Assembly: GCF_009914755.1 (NCBI RefSeq)
Contig: NC_060938.1
Length of the DNA: 64,000 nt
Source: the human T2T-CHM13v2.0 reference genome, Homo sapiens
Reading direction: 5' to 3' (one strand)
In this document: piece after piece, positions 22,647-34,632 of the stretch
Layout of the letters: the number at the start of each line of letters is the position of its first letter
How positions within the stretch are numbered: the stretch's first letter is position 1
Notes under the pieces: model-generated
Database searches by the model: none
The model's input: the letters and a program-made list of their open reading frames with translations, nothing else
Told to the model about the DNA's origin: nothing
Translations under genes and position numbers: made by a program

Positions 22647-24890
22647 CCCTCTCCATCTCCCTCTCCCTCTCCCCCTCCCTCTCCCTCTCCCCCTCCCCTC
22701 CCCCTCCCCCTCCCCTCCTCCTTCCCTCCCCCTTCCCCTCCCCCTCCCCTCCCCCTCCCTCTCCGTCTCCCTCTCCCCTCTTCTTTCTTCGGTCTCCCTC
22801 TGTTGCCGAGGCTGGACTGTACTGCCATGGTCTCGGCTCGCTGCAGCCTCCCTGCCCTGGGCTCCTGTGGTTCTCCTGCCTCAGCCTGCTGAGTGCCTGG
22901 GATTGCGGGTGCGCGCCGCCACACCTGACTGGTTTTTGTATTTTTGGAGGAATCAGGGTTTCGCCCTGTTGACCGGGCTGGTCTCCAGCTCCTGACCTCA
23001 AGTGGTCTGCCCGCCTCGGCCTCCCGGGGTGCTGGGATTGCAGACGGAGTCTGGCTCACTCAATGCTCATTGTTGCCCAGGCTGGAGTTCAGTGGCATGA
23101 TCTCGGTTTGCCACAACCTCCATCTTCCAGCCGCCTGCCTTGGCCTCCCAAAGTGCTAAGATTACAGCCTCTGCCCGGCCGCTACCCCTTCTGGGAAGTG
23201 GGGAGCGTCTCTGCCTGGCCGTCCATCATCTGGGATGTGGGGAGCCCCTCTGCCCGGCTGCCCCGTCTGGGAAGCGGGTAGCCCCTCTGCCCGGCCGCCC
23301 TGCCTGGGAGGCGGGGAGCGCCTCTGCCTGGCCGCCCCGTCTGGGAAGTGAGGGGCGTCTCTGCCCGGCCGCCCCGTCTGGGAAGTGAGGGGCGTCTCTG
23401 CCCAGCCGCCCTTCGTCTGGGAGGTGGGGAGCGCCTCTGCCTGGCTGCCCCATCTGGGAGGTGGGGAGCGCCTCTGCCTGGCCGCCCCATCTGGGAAGTG
23501 GGCGCCTCTGCCCGGCCACTCCATCTGGGAGGTGAGGGGCGTCTCTGCCCGGCCACTCTGCCTGGGAAGTGAGGAGCACTTCTGCCCGGCCGCCCTTCGT
23601 CTGGGAGGCGGGGAGTGCCTCTGCCCAGCCACCCTGTATGGGAGGTGGGGAGCGCCTCTGCCTGGCCGCCCCGTCTGGGAAGTGAGGGGCGTCTCTGCCC
23701 AGCCGCCCTTCGTCTGGGAGGTGGGGAGCGCCTCTGCCTGGCTGCCCCGTCTGGGAGGTGGGAGCGCATCTGCCTGGACGCCCCGTCTGGGAAGTGGGGG
23801 GCGCCTCTGCCCGGCGGCCCTTCGTCTGGGAGGTGGGGAGCGCCTCTGCCCGGCTGCCCCGTCTGGGAGGTGGGGAGCGCCTCTGCCCGGCCGCCCCGTC
23901 TGGGAGGTGGGGAGCGCCTCTGCCCGGCCGCCCCGTCTGGGAGGTGGGGAGCGCCTCTGCCCGGCCGCCCCGTCTGGGAGGTGGGGAGCGCCTCTGCCCG
24001 GCCGCCCCGTCTGGGAGGTGGGGAGCGCCTCTGCCCGGCCGCCCCGTCTGGGAGGTGGGGAGCGCCTCTGCCCGGCCGCCCCGTCTGGGAGGTGGGGAGC
24101 GCCTCTGCCCGGCCGCCCCGTCTGGGAGGTGGGGAGCGCCTCTGCCCGGCCGCCCCGTCTGGGAGGTGGGGAGCGCCTCTGCCCGGCCGCCCCGTCTGGG
24201 AGGTGGGGAGCGCCTCTGCCGGGCCGCCCCGTCTGGGAGGTGGGGAGCGCCTCTGCCCGGCCGCCCCGTCTGGGAGGTGGGGAGCGCCTCTGCCCGGCAG
24301 CCCTTCGTCTGGGAGGTGGGGAGCGCCTCTGCCAGGCCGCCCTGTCTGGGAAGTGTACCCAACAGCTCCGAAGAGACAGCGACCATCGAGAATGGGCCAT
24401 GATGACGATGGCAGTTTTGTCGAAAAGAAAAGGGGGAAATGTGGGGAAAAGAAAGAGAGATCAGATTGTTACTGTGTCTGTGTAGAAAGAAGTTGACATA
24501 GGAGACACCATTTTGTTCTGTACTAAGAAAAATTTTTCTGCCTTGGGATGCTGTTAATCTATAACCTTACCCCCAACCCCGTGCTCTCTGAAACATGTGC
24601 TGTGTCAACTCAGGGTTAAATGGATTAAGGGCGGTGCAAGATGTGCTTTGTTAAACAGATGCTTGAAGGCAGCATGCTCGTTAAGAGTCATCACCACTCC
24701 CTAATCTCAAGTACCCAGGGACACAAACACTGCCGAAGGCCGCAGGGACCTCTGCCTAGGAAAACCAGAGACCTTTGTTCACGTGTTTATCTGCTGACCT
24801 TCTCTCCACTATTATCCTATGACCCTGCCACATCCCCCTCTCTGAGAAACACCCAAGAATGATCAATAAATACAAAAAAAAAAAAAAAAA
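22647..24890 (+). mobile_element. Full-length SVA retrotransposon (SVA_A/B-like)
   Basis: CCCTCT-derived head 22647-~22785, antisense Alu-like region to ~23165, GC-rich VNTR ~23166-24352, SINE-R ~24353-24873, AATAAA 24865-24870 and A17 tail. TSD aaagaagtag (22637-22646) / aaaaaagtag (24885-24894). Confidence 0.97.
23166..24352 (+). repeat. SVA VNTR with a 37-bp main unit gtctgggaggtggggagcgcctctgcccggccgcccc
   Basis: Units start every 37 bp from 23824 to 24268; nine identical copies span 23861-24193. Confidence 0.97.
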
Positions 24891-25980
24891 GTAGTACAGG
24901 AAACTATTTTTGGGTATAATTAAGTGACTGTAAATGAATGGCACTATATTAAAATGATGTAATATTTATTATAACATGATATGAAAATGCAAATTCACAT
25001 AGATTTTGAAATTCCTTTGGTGAAAAAATTTTGGCATTTTCTTTGTGATAACTGCCAACCTTAATATAGCCATGCTTTATGATGCTTTAAAAAAATATGT
25101 GAGTATGTCACCTGCCTGATGAAGACATATTCATGCTTTGGTATTCATTTCATTTGGTATGACATAATGCATTTGAAAGATAAAGCACTTTACATGGAGA
25201 ACAGAATACTTCAGTAACATGTATTAAACCCCTTGGTTTAACTGAGAAATGTATGAAATAAAAAAAATGTTTTTGTGTTCTCAAAGAGCTTATGATTTTT
25301 AAATTGAAAGAATCAAAATTAATAAAAGCTTACCCTAAACTTAGTATTCAGAAGTGGTTATGTTATATCCCAAGTGGAAAACAGTTTTTCTAACTAATCT
25401 CATTAATATCCCTTGGTTTCCTCCATTCCTCCATCCTTTCACACCATCATTCTTATCCCAAAATCTCAGAGAAATACATTCTTAGTTTCTTATTCTTTCT
25501 TTCTATTAGTTCCTTTTGCATTACTGTCTCATGTCTTTCCTTTCCTTACCTTGAAGCCTCTTCTAAACATTGAGCATGAATAATGAATTTCATGTTTTCA
25601 TTAATGCTTATAAAATACATAATAATCACTATTCAGACAAACAAAACTAAATCTCTTTGAAACAGTGAGAACTTAAAAACAGACTAGTGCAAAGCATTAG
25701 TCATTCAGTGAATAATTATTGTACACTCATCATAAGACAGACATTTAAAAATGTAAGATACAATGATTATTTTATTTTACCAAATCAAAGTCTGAGTGAA
25801 ATCTCAAGGCCTCACAGCACATCTTGAGTAAAGCCTGGCTGATACATCTGCTCTTTTTCTTCCACATCCTGTTTTTAGTTATCTAATGCCAACTGCTTAT
25901 ATACTGTAGCAATCAGCATCAACAACTGTACAGGAGCCTCCTCGATAGTCTGGTATCGCTCCCTCAAAATATGTCAACCT

Positions 25981-26289
<309 letters not shown>

Positions 26290-26331
26290 TCCATGTCAGA
26301 AACTCCTTTTCATATAGTAAGGGAGAACAAG

Positions 26332-26785
26332 TGTTAAAGAAAAACCAGAGCTTGACAGTAGTTGAAATGGTTAAAAACTTACACTATTGAGGAAAAACTG
26401 CAATAGGGGAAAAGAGACCTCAGTATAGGACTGGGGTCCATTCTAACTGCAACAGGGAAGAGGAGATTTATAGCCAAGGATTAGATTAATGGGGTTGGTG
26501 GATGAAAAATTATTAAGAAGGTGGGTTGATTCTTGCTAAATTGACCTAACATAATTCTTCCTGAAGGAAGGCCAGTCTAATCCAATATCACATGGGGATG
26601 GTGGGGATGAGAAATTTGGTCAGTTATTCAGGGTGATCAGACATTGAGAGTGGGAGATGCTTGATAAACTGACCTCACAGGATTTTTGCTAAAACTGGGC
26701 AATGCAAAGGTGGAAGCACAAAGTTTGAGGCCTGCTTGGGAAGAGGAGCCTGACTGAAGTTTGGTCAAGGGGACAATCTTTGTCA
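26332..26785 (-). mobile_element. MER31-family ERV1 solo LTR
   Basis: tgttaaagaaaaaccagagc...tttggtcaaggggacaatctttgtca. 4-bp TSD caag on both sides. Confidence 0.8.
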
Positions 26786-27043
26786 CAAGCATACATTAAG
26801 GAAAAGCATGTTACTCATCTGTATGATGTAATTCGGAGAGTAACATTAGTTTTTGTTTTTTTCTTAAACTCAGGGTAAAGGCAACGGGCAAGAACACAGG
26901 AACTTTGAAGTTTGGATAAACAAAATCTCTATTTGAAAAATAGGAGTTCTAACTAAAGTTCTTTTAGATCAGCAAATGAGACAATCACATACCTGTCTGA
27001 TATACTCTCAAGCATCTGAGAGGGCTATTGCATACTTACGAAC

Positions 27044-27396
27044 TGACAAGGATTCCCTTCTTGAATAAACTAGTCAGGCTCCTTCAAGTTCTTTTCTTGA
27101 TTAGACTCTGTCTTTGGTCTGCTGAGCCTGCTTTTAGCAAGAATTATGCTTATCTAGTTTATATAGAATCCCATTTCCTCTAACTGTAATATCTAATCAA
27201 GTTCTTCTTTTCCAACTCTTGTTATCTAATCATGTTCCTTTTAGTAATTCTCTATCCAATAAGTCCACCGCTCTGCCCATAAATCCCCAGTTGTGCCTAT
27301 TATATTCAGAGTTGTGTTAAATCTCTCTCTCCCATTACAATAGTCTTAAATGAAGTCTTCCTTGCTTACCTCTATCTGGTACCTTTTTTTTGGACA
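27044..27396 (+). mobile_element. MER31-family ERV1 solo LTR (opposite orientation)
   Basis: tgacaaggattcccttcttgaataaactagtcaggctcc...ttttagcaagaat...cccattacaatagtcttaaatgaagtcttccttgc. Confidence 0.75.
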
Positions 27397-27599
27397 TAAT
27401 TAAATTATTAAGCACTTGCTGTGTGTCACCCAGCTAGCTATGTTGGTAGAGCATAACTTGCTCCAAATATCTTTCCTCCTAGCCTACCACAATATAAAGC
27501 ACCCATGCTAGCAGACAATTTTAGACTATTTTTGAGTGGTAGATTTACAAAACTGCAAACATGTAATATAGAATTCTAAGCAGTAAAACTTGGTAGCCC

Positions 27600-28435
27600 C
27601 CAAAGATAAGGCCTTTCCCTGTTCATATTACAGAGCCAATACACGGAACCAAAAGTGAACTCAGCCATCCTGGAGTGGTTCTGGCCAGTCTACGGAGGAT
27701 GCACACTGAGGGTTTTTGTGTCCTCTACTTCAGCAGTCTCTAACCTTTTTGGCAGCAGAGACCAGTTTTGTGGAAGACAATGTTTTCACAGACTGGGGTT
27801 GGGGTTGGAGGACGGTTTCAGGATAAAACTGTTCCACCTCAGATCATCAGGCATTAGATTCTCATATGGAGCATGCAACCTAAATCCCTCGCATGTACAG
27901 TTGACAGTAAGGTTCACGGTCCTGTGAGAATCTGATGCCACCCCTGATCTGACAGGAGGCAGAGCTTAGGTGGTAATGCTTGCTCGCTTGCTGCTCACCT
28001 CCTGTTGTGAGGCCCAGTTCCTGACAGATGACTGACTGGTACCAATCCATAGCTCAGGGTTTGGGGACCCCCTGCTCTACTTCACCTTTTGACATCAGAG
28101 GACCCAAAACTCCACTCTCAAATCATGCCAACACCACGATTTTTGTTAATTGCAATTCATGAAGGGGCTTGAAGCTGAATTGTGCATGGGCCTGTTACTC
28201 CTTTCATAAATATTCAATACTCCTTCTATAGGTTATTGAATATGTATATTTGGCCACCTCACTCAGCATAAATTCCTGTTCCGTTTGCCCCTCCCTCAAA
28301 GTGTCTGTTTCTGGCTTCTGACCAAAGGCTATTCTTTCCAGTCTGCCAGAATGGCCAACCTGTATGCTGCAACCGTTAATGAGAAATGAAGCTCTCCTTT
28401 CCAACTTTATGAACTTCATCATTATTCCATTAACA
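27600..28435 (+). mobile_element. MER39-like ERV1 LTR interrupted by MER1B
   Basis: tggttctggccagtctacggagg...cttttgacatcagagg...gagaaatgaagctctcctttccaactttatgaac...taaca. The 5' boundary is uncertain. Confidence 0.7.
27731..28074 (+). mobile_element. MER1B hAT-Charlie non-autonomous DNA transposon
   Basis: TIRs cagcagtctctaacc / ggtttggggaccccctg. Perfect 8-bp TSD ctctactt (27723-27730 / 28075-28082). Confidence 0.92.
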
Positions 28436-28436
28436 A

Positions 28437-28712
28437 TGGTCCACTTCCACTTATGAATAGTAAATCTATCTTCCTTATGATTTTCTCAATAACATTTTCC
28501 TTTCTTTAGCTTACTTTATTGTAAGAATACGGTATATAATAGATATATCATACAAAATATGTGTTAATCGAGTATATATGTTATTTGTAAGGCTTCTGGT
28601 CAACAGTAGGGTATTAATAGTTAAGTTTTTGGAAGTCAGACATTATTTGTGGATTTTCAAATGTGTTGTGGTAAGTAGTCCTAACCCCTACATTCTTCAC
28701 AGGTCAATTGTA
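28437..28712 (+). mobile_element. Tigger3/MER7 TcMar DNA transposon 3' part
   Basis: ccacttccacttatgaatagtaaat...tagcttactttattgtaagaatac...aggtcaattg followed by TA. Confidence 0.85.
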
Positions 28713-28744
28713 TACCTCATGTATAAATGAGACACACTCAGAGA

Positions 28745-29101
28745 AATGAAATCTCAGAGATGGCTTTGAATACCATCATCCACTGAAACATAGAAAAAAA
28801 GAGTTGGGGAAAGGACAGTCATGGGGAGATGCCTAGGGAAAGAAGATAAACAAAGATAAGGTTTATTATATAGATTTAAGTTACTGCCTTCTCCATTGAT
28901 AAGCATTTCTACTGATTCAGAGTCATCCTTTTCTTCCTGGTGCTGAGCAGGAGATGCCCTTACAAACGATTTACTATATAGGTGTAAATTTCCCTTCAAA
29001 AGGGTAACTTCTCTGTTTTCAGAGCTTCTTTTGTGTCTGCAATTTCTTAAAATAATCAGCTCAAAATAATCCTTTGGGGTGGTATATTCTGGTCTCTTAC
29101 A
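28745..29101 (-). mobile_element. MER34-family ERV1 LTR
   Basis: aagggtaacttctctgttttcagagcttc...aataatcagctcaaaataatcc...ggggtggtatattctggtctcttaca. Confidence 0.75.
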
Positions 29102-31074
29102 GTATACTGCTATTATTGTAGGATATGCCCTTTAGATTGATTTTCAAGGATCAGTGAAATATTTGCACTGATCTATACACATTCCTTTCCCTTATCACCT
29201 TTCAGACCAAGAGCATGTATTGAAAACAGATTTTTTTTTTATGGTAACCTTTAACAGAGAAGAAAAACAATCTAATTGTCTTGCAAAGGTCTTAAACCCA
29301 CGACCTCGACCAAGTTCAGGTTATAGCAAAACAAAAGCATTGAGAAAGACAGTTATTTCAATCATTTTTATCAGAGACCATGGCTTTGAACATATTTTAC
29401 AGAATCCATACCACTCTCTAAGGATCATAGTATTCTCTCCAAAGAGATAATATGAACTATGAACACTAAAAATACCAGCCTGAAAGCCTTAGAAACAACT
29501 TTTTTTTATTTTTTTATTTTTTTAAATTTTGCCTGGGGAATGGTTATCCTCATTCTTATATGAGTCTTCTGGTTCTATTCATCATTTACAATATGTGGTC
29601 CTTAGAAAGGATATCACTCTTGAATAAACTTGGGTTGATTAGTGAATTTTTTTCCAATATGTTTACAAGGATGTATCATTATGATACTTGATTTAACAAA
29701 AATAATGATTTCGTTTGGTCATTTCATTTATTTTAATGTGTGAATAATACTAAGCTACTCAGAATAGTAGGAGAAAAAACTCTGAAAAAATAGTATTAAA
29801 TATAGAGATGCAAGTAAATAAAAATAATTAGAAAAAGATGAACTTTATTCTCAAATTCTAGCAGTATATTTATTTTGGCAGAAACAAAACTGATTTTTAT
29901 GCATTAAATTTTAGCTTAGATTCTCTGAGTATCTGCATTAGAATCAAAAGCTGCTTTCATGGCTCTTCCCATTAAATTCGAGGGGTATTGTCTAAATGCA
30001 TCAAATTCATCATATACTGCCAATTCCAACAAAGAATCTGATGAGATTCAGATCATTTGAAGGTAATTAAAATGGAACAGTAAACACAAAGCTCTTCTAC
30101 TCCCACAGCAGAATGTTACTTTTCCAAATGTAAAGTGAGTACAAAGAACAATTGTGTTATACTGAAGTACGAATAGAGTCAGGAAGTCACCACTTATGCT
30201 CCTGTCCATTGAGCACATCAGAGGACACACAATCAGAAATCACTCGAAGTCTTTTAGACTCTGCAGGCACGTGGTTAATTATAGAGACTAAGACACTTAA
30301 AAAGGCTAAAACACTCCCTATTTTCACAGCAAATGTCTGAGTGAACACAATTATCATGTGAGTCTTTCCACTTTACAACAAAAACATTTTTAGCTTATAT
30401 GTAACATGATTAACAACTGTGCAGCTAACTAATGCAGTCTGATTCTGTCATGTACAAGTTCTCCTTTGTTGCACCCACAAACTTGACAGCCCAACCCAAA
30501 CAGGAATTTTCACCGTGGGTTGTCATCTTGCTCCAGTTGTCAGACCCATGAAACTGCTTTAACAGATTTTTCAAGAAGCCTATTGATCTACTCAGATTCA
30601 TCTGCTGGAACATGTACAGCTTCTGCCTGCTCTGCCATCTTTCCTCCAAAATGTCTTTGCTTCATTTTCCCGGGGGTTTCCCTTTCTCAAAAATGTTCAC
30701 TGTAAAAACGACCTTTAATACATCCATTTCAGCATATTTCCATTAGTCCACAAAAGTCCATTCTTCATAGCTCCAGAAATCAGAGTTGAATCTTCATTAA
30801 AGTTCCAGTCACCTCAAAGCACGGCCACCTTTGTTTCCCCATTCATATTGTTGTCATGTGGTTTAAAAAATATTTTTACCTTTTGCTTTATTCACTTTAT
30901 TTTATTCCTTAAAATTAAAAATGTCCTCTGAAAAAATAACACAAAATAATTTTGACTGCAGCCTTCACCTTCCAGTTTTTTCATGCTGTCATTTGTCTCC
31001 TGAATGAATATAGTGCTTCTCGCCCCTATTTAGCCAAGATCATGTCAAATCCAATACTTAGAAATGCCACCTAA

Positions 31075-31423
<349 letters not shown>

Positions 31424-32800
31424 TCAAGTTTAATCCAGGGTAAGACTTTTATGTTCCCAATATTCATTTAAACCAAATTCAAAATAAAGTTTCTAAAGTT
31501 TTCCTAACTTTTGACATTATGGCATTATTTTAAAATATGGCTTCAGTCACAAAATAAGGAATGCTTTTTGTACAATGTTTTGTTATAGTTTGATAATACT
31601 GTAGGTGCATATAGTTCATAGACTTGCAACTAAAAAAAGATGTACATGGGCCATCTCAAACACACACACACAGACACATATATTTATGCCTACATATATA
31701 ATATGTATTTATCATGTATGCATATATTCATAATAAAAAACTAGAAGGCAGTAAGTAAGCCCATGCAATGTATTTGAAGTGCAAAATTAAAAAATAATTT
31801 TCTGACTCCTCAACTACTGTTTATAGTTCTCAAGAGAAAAAATGAAATTTAAACTAAATGTCAAACTTCTATGAAATATATCTAAAATGCCGTTCTTTCC
31901 TTAAACCTTACACAATCACCTACCCTCCATCCCAGATAACTGAATGTATTTTCTACTTCGACTTCTCAAAGCAGTGCGAATCTCATTTATCTATCATCCA
32001 TTTATCCATCTGTTTTCTTATTCAATTTATAATTAGTTTCCACCTTGTTACTGAAACTATATTAGGAATTCAGGAAAACGTGCACAATCCCTGCTCTTAA
32101 AGTGCTCATGATCTTGTCAGAGATAGACAGTAATTTCATGAAAACCACATTTATAATTATAGATTTTGACCTTACTTCTTTTGTTTTCTTGAGATGAGGA
32201 CATTAAAGGTAAGGCCTGTATTTTCTTCGTCTCTGTATCCTCTTATAGTGTCGAAAATATTACTTGCAATAGCTATTCAGTTAAAGATTTAAAATGTACA
32301 AGGCTTTGTATACAATTCCAACTTAATTTTAATGACAATTTTTGTTTTAATCATCTTTTATCTCCCTCTAGTCTTTATGGTAATTAACAAGAATTCTAGC
32401 TGTTAGGAATTTCTATTGTTAGAAATTATCTTGCTCTAAGTTCACAGTAAAATATGAAAGATTTCTAATGATGACTGTAGATATCAGCCAAGAAATTCTC
32501 TGAACTATAAAGTTTCAAGCAGTTATGTTTTCTGGGGAGAATTTTTAAAAATAATTGTATTTTATTAGAGAATACAAATACATACAGATTTCTTCTGGCA
32601 TAAGTATGCAACTCTATGATAAAATTTCCACAAAGTAAACACCTGAATGAGCACCCAGAATTAAAAATTGACTATTACAAGCCTCCAGGAAGCCCCCTCA
32701 TGGTACTTTCCAGTCAGGGCCTCCACCCATTCTTACCCCAAAGGTAGCCACTATACTGACTGCTAACACCATAGCTTGGCTTTGCATCTTTTTGAACTTT

Positions 32801-33018
32801 TATTTATTTATTTCATTATTTTATTATTTTTAAAAAGCATGTGCATTTGATTACTTCACTACATGCACTACAGTGTGGTCCCAACATCTATTCCTTGAAA
32901 TAACACTGTTCTCAGCATAGTGCTCAAAGAGCACTCTTGGAAACATCTTTTTTACATGTGCGTTTAAACACATGCTTTAAAATGTGGGTCACCACATTCA
33001 TTTTCTGAAATAACACTG
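32801..33018 (-). mobile_element. Unclassified dimeric retroposed insert (SINE-like or small-RNA retrocopy)
   Basis: 12-bp TSD tttttgaacttt (32789-32800 / 33019-33030) and an A-rich tail on the minus strand (32801-32831). Internal repeat tgaaataacactgtt at 32896 and 33006. Confidence 0.8.
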
Positions 33019-33138
33019 TTTTTGAACTTTATTTAAATAGATCACTTAATATAAACTGTTTTGTGTTTAACTTCTTTTGTTCATTATGTTTGTTAGGTTA
33101 GTCCATGTATTTGTTTGCAGCAGCAGTTCATGAATTTT

Positions 33139-33430
<292 letters not shown>

Positions 33431-34263
33431 AGTTCATGAATTTTAATCAATATTTGGTATTCCATTCAATGAATATATCAAAATTTATTTATTTGATTAT
33501 TGATAGGCTTTTGAGTGGTTTGCACTTTGGAACTTTTGAAAATAATCCTTCCAGGAATGTTCCTACACATGTCATTTGGTGAACGTATGTGTGCATTCGT
33601 GTTTAGTATACAGCTAATAATTGATGTATATATATGTTCAGCTTTAGTAGACCCTGGCAAACAGTTTCTCAGAGTATTGTGCCAATTTACAGTTCTACTA
33701 ACACTGTATGAAAGTTGCAGTTGCTATGCATCCTCTGTAACACTGGTTTTATCTATCTTTTCAATTTTAGTCATTCTTATGAGTATATAGTGGTATCATA
33801 TTGTGATTTTAATTTGCATTCCCCTGATGACTAATTATTTGAGGATTCTTTTATATGTTTGTCGGCCATTTGGAAATTGTCTTTTGCAAAGCGCCTGCTC
33901 ATAGCATTTGCTTATTTTTCTTTTGGGTTGTCTACCTTTTCTTGATTTGTAGGTGTTCTTTATTTATTCTGGGTTCAAGTACTTTGTTAAATTTATCACA
34001 AATATCTTTTCTCATTTATTAACTTGCTTACTTATTCCCTTATGATTTCTCCTGAACAGCTGATGTTTTTAGCTTGAATAAAGTCCACTTTATCAATCTT
34101 TTTATTTACGGCTGGTGTCTTTAGCCTTGTTTAAGGAATATTTCCCAATGCCAAGAGTATAAAGATAGTCTCCTATATTATTCTCTGGCAACATTATTGT
34201 TTCATCCTTCAACATTTAGATGTTTTTCCAAAATTTATTTTATTTTTGATTTGGGGTAAGGGT

Positions 34264-34632
34264 TGCTATGGTCTGAATATTTGTGTATTTTCAACATTTA
34301 TATCTTGAAGCCTAATCATCAAGATGATGGGATTAGAAGGAGTGGGGATTTGGGAGGTGATTAGGTCATAAGTGCGAAGCCCTCATAAATGGAATTAGTG
34401 CCCTTATAAAAGAATTGTGAAGGAGCTTGTTAGCCCCCCTTGCTCTTCTACCATGTGAGGATGCAGAAAGAACATGCCATCTTTGAAGCAGAGAACAAGA
34501 CTTCCACAGATACTGAATCTGCTGGTGCTTTGATCTTGGACTTCCCAGTCTTCAGAAATGTGAGCAATAAATTTCTGTTTGTAAATTACCCAGTCTAATG
34601 TATTTTGTTACACAGCAGCAGGAACAAAGACA
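34264..34632 (+). mobile_element. MLT1A/MSTD-like MaLR solo LTR
   Basis: tgctatggtctgaat...tagtgcccttataaaaga...ttgatcttggacttcccag...aataaatttctg...aagaca. Confidence 0.85.

Noticed and set aside
22550-23059. 169-aa and 139-aa Gly/Glu/Arg-rich ORFs
   Set aside because: Antisense translation of the SVA hexamer head and Alu-like region.
23824-24306. CRISPR-like array of 37-bp repeats
   Set aside because: The units are contiguous with no unique spacers, the context is a eukaryotic SVA, and there are no cas genes.
23162-24496. Long ORFs of 195-412 aa on both strands
   Set aside because: They are translations of the SVA VNTR. The 37-bp GC-rich unit has no stop in any frame, which produces a 37-aa periodic peptide.
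24891-25300. SVA 3' transduction
   Set aside because: The TSD-like aagtag follows the first poly(A) immediately, so no extra transduced segment is needed.
26332-27396. Long-TIR DNA transposon
   Set aside because: Each arm is a MER31-type LTR, and the first has its own 4-bp TSD.
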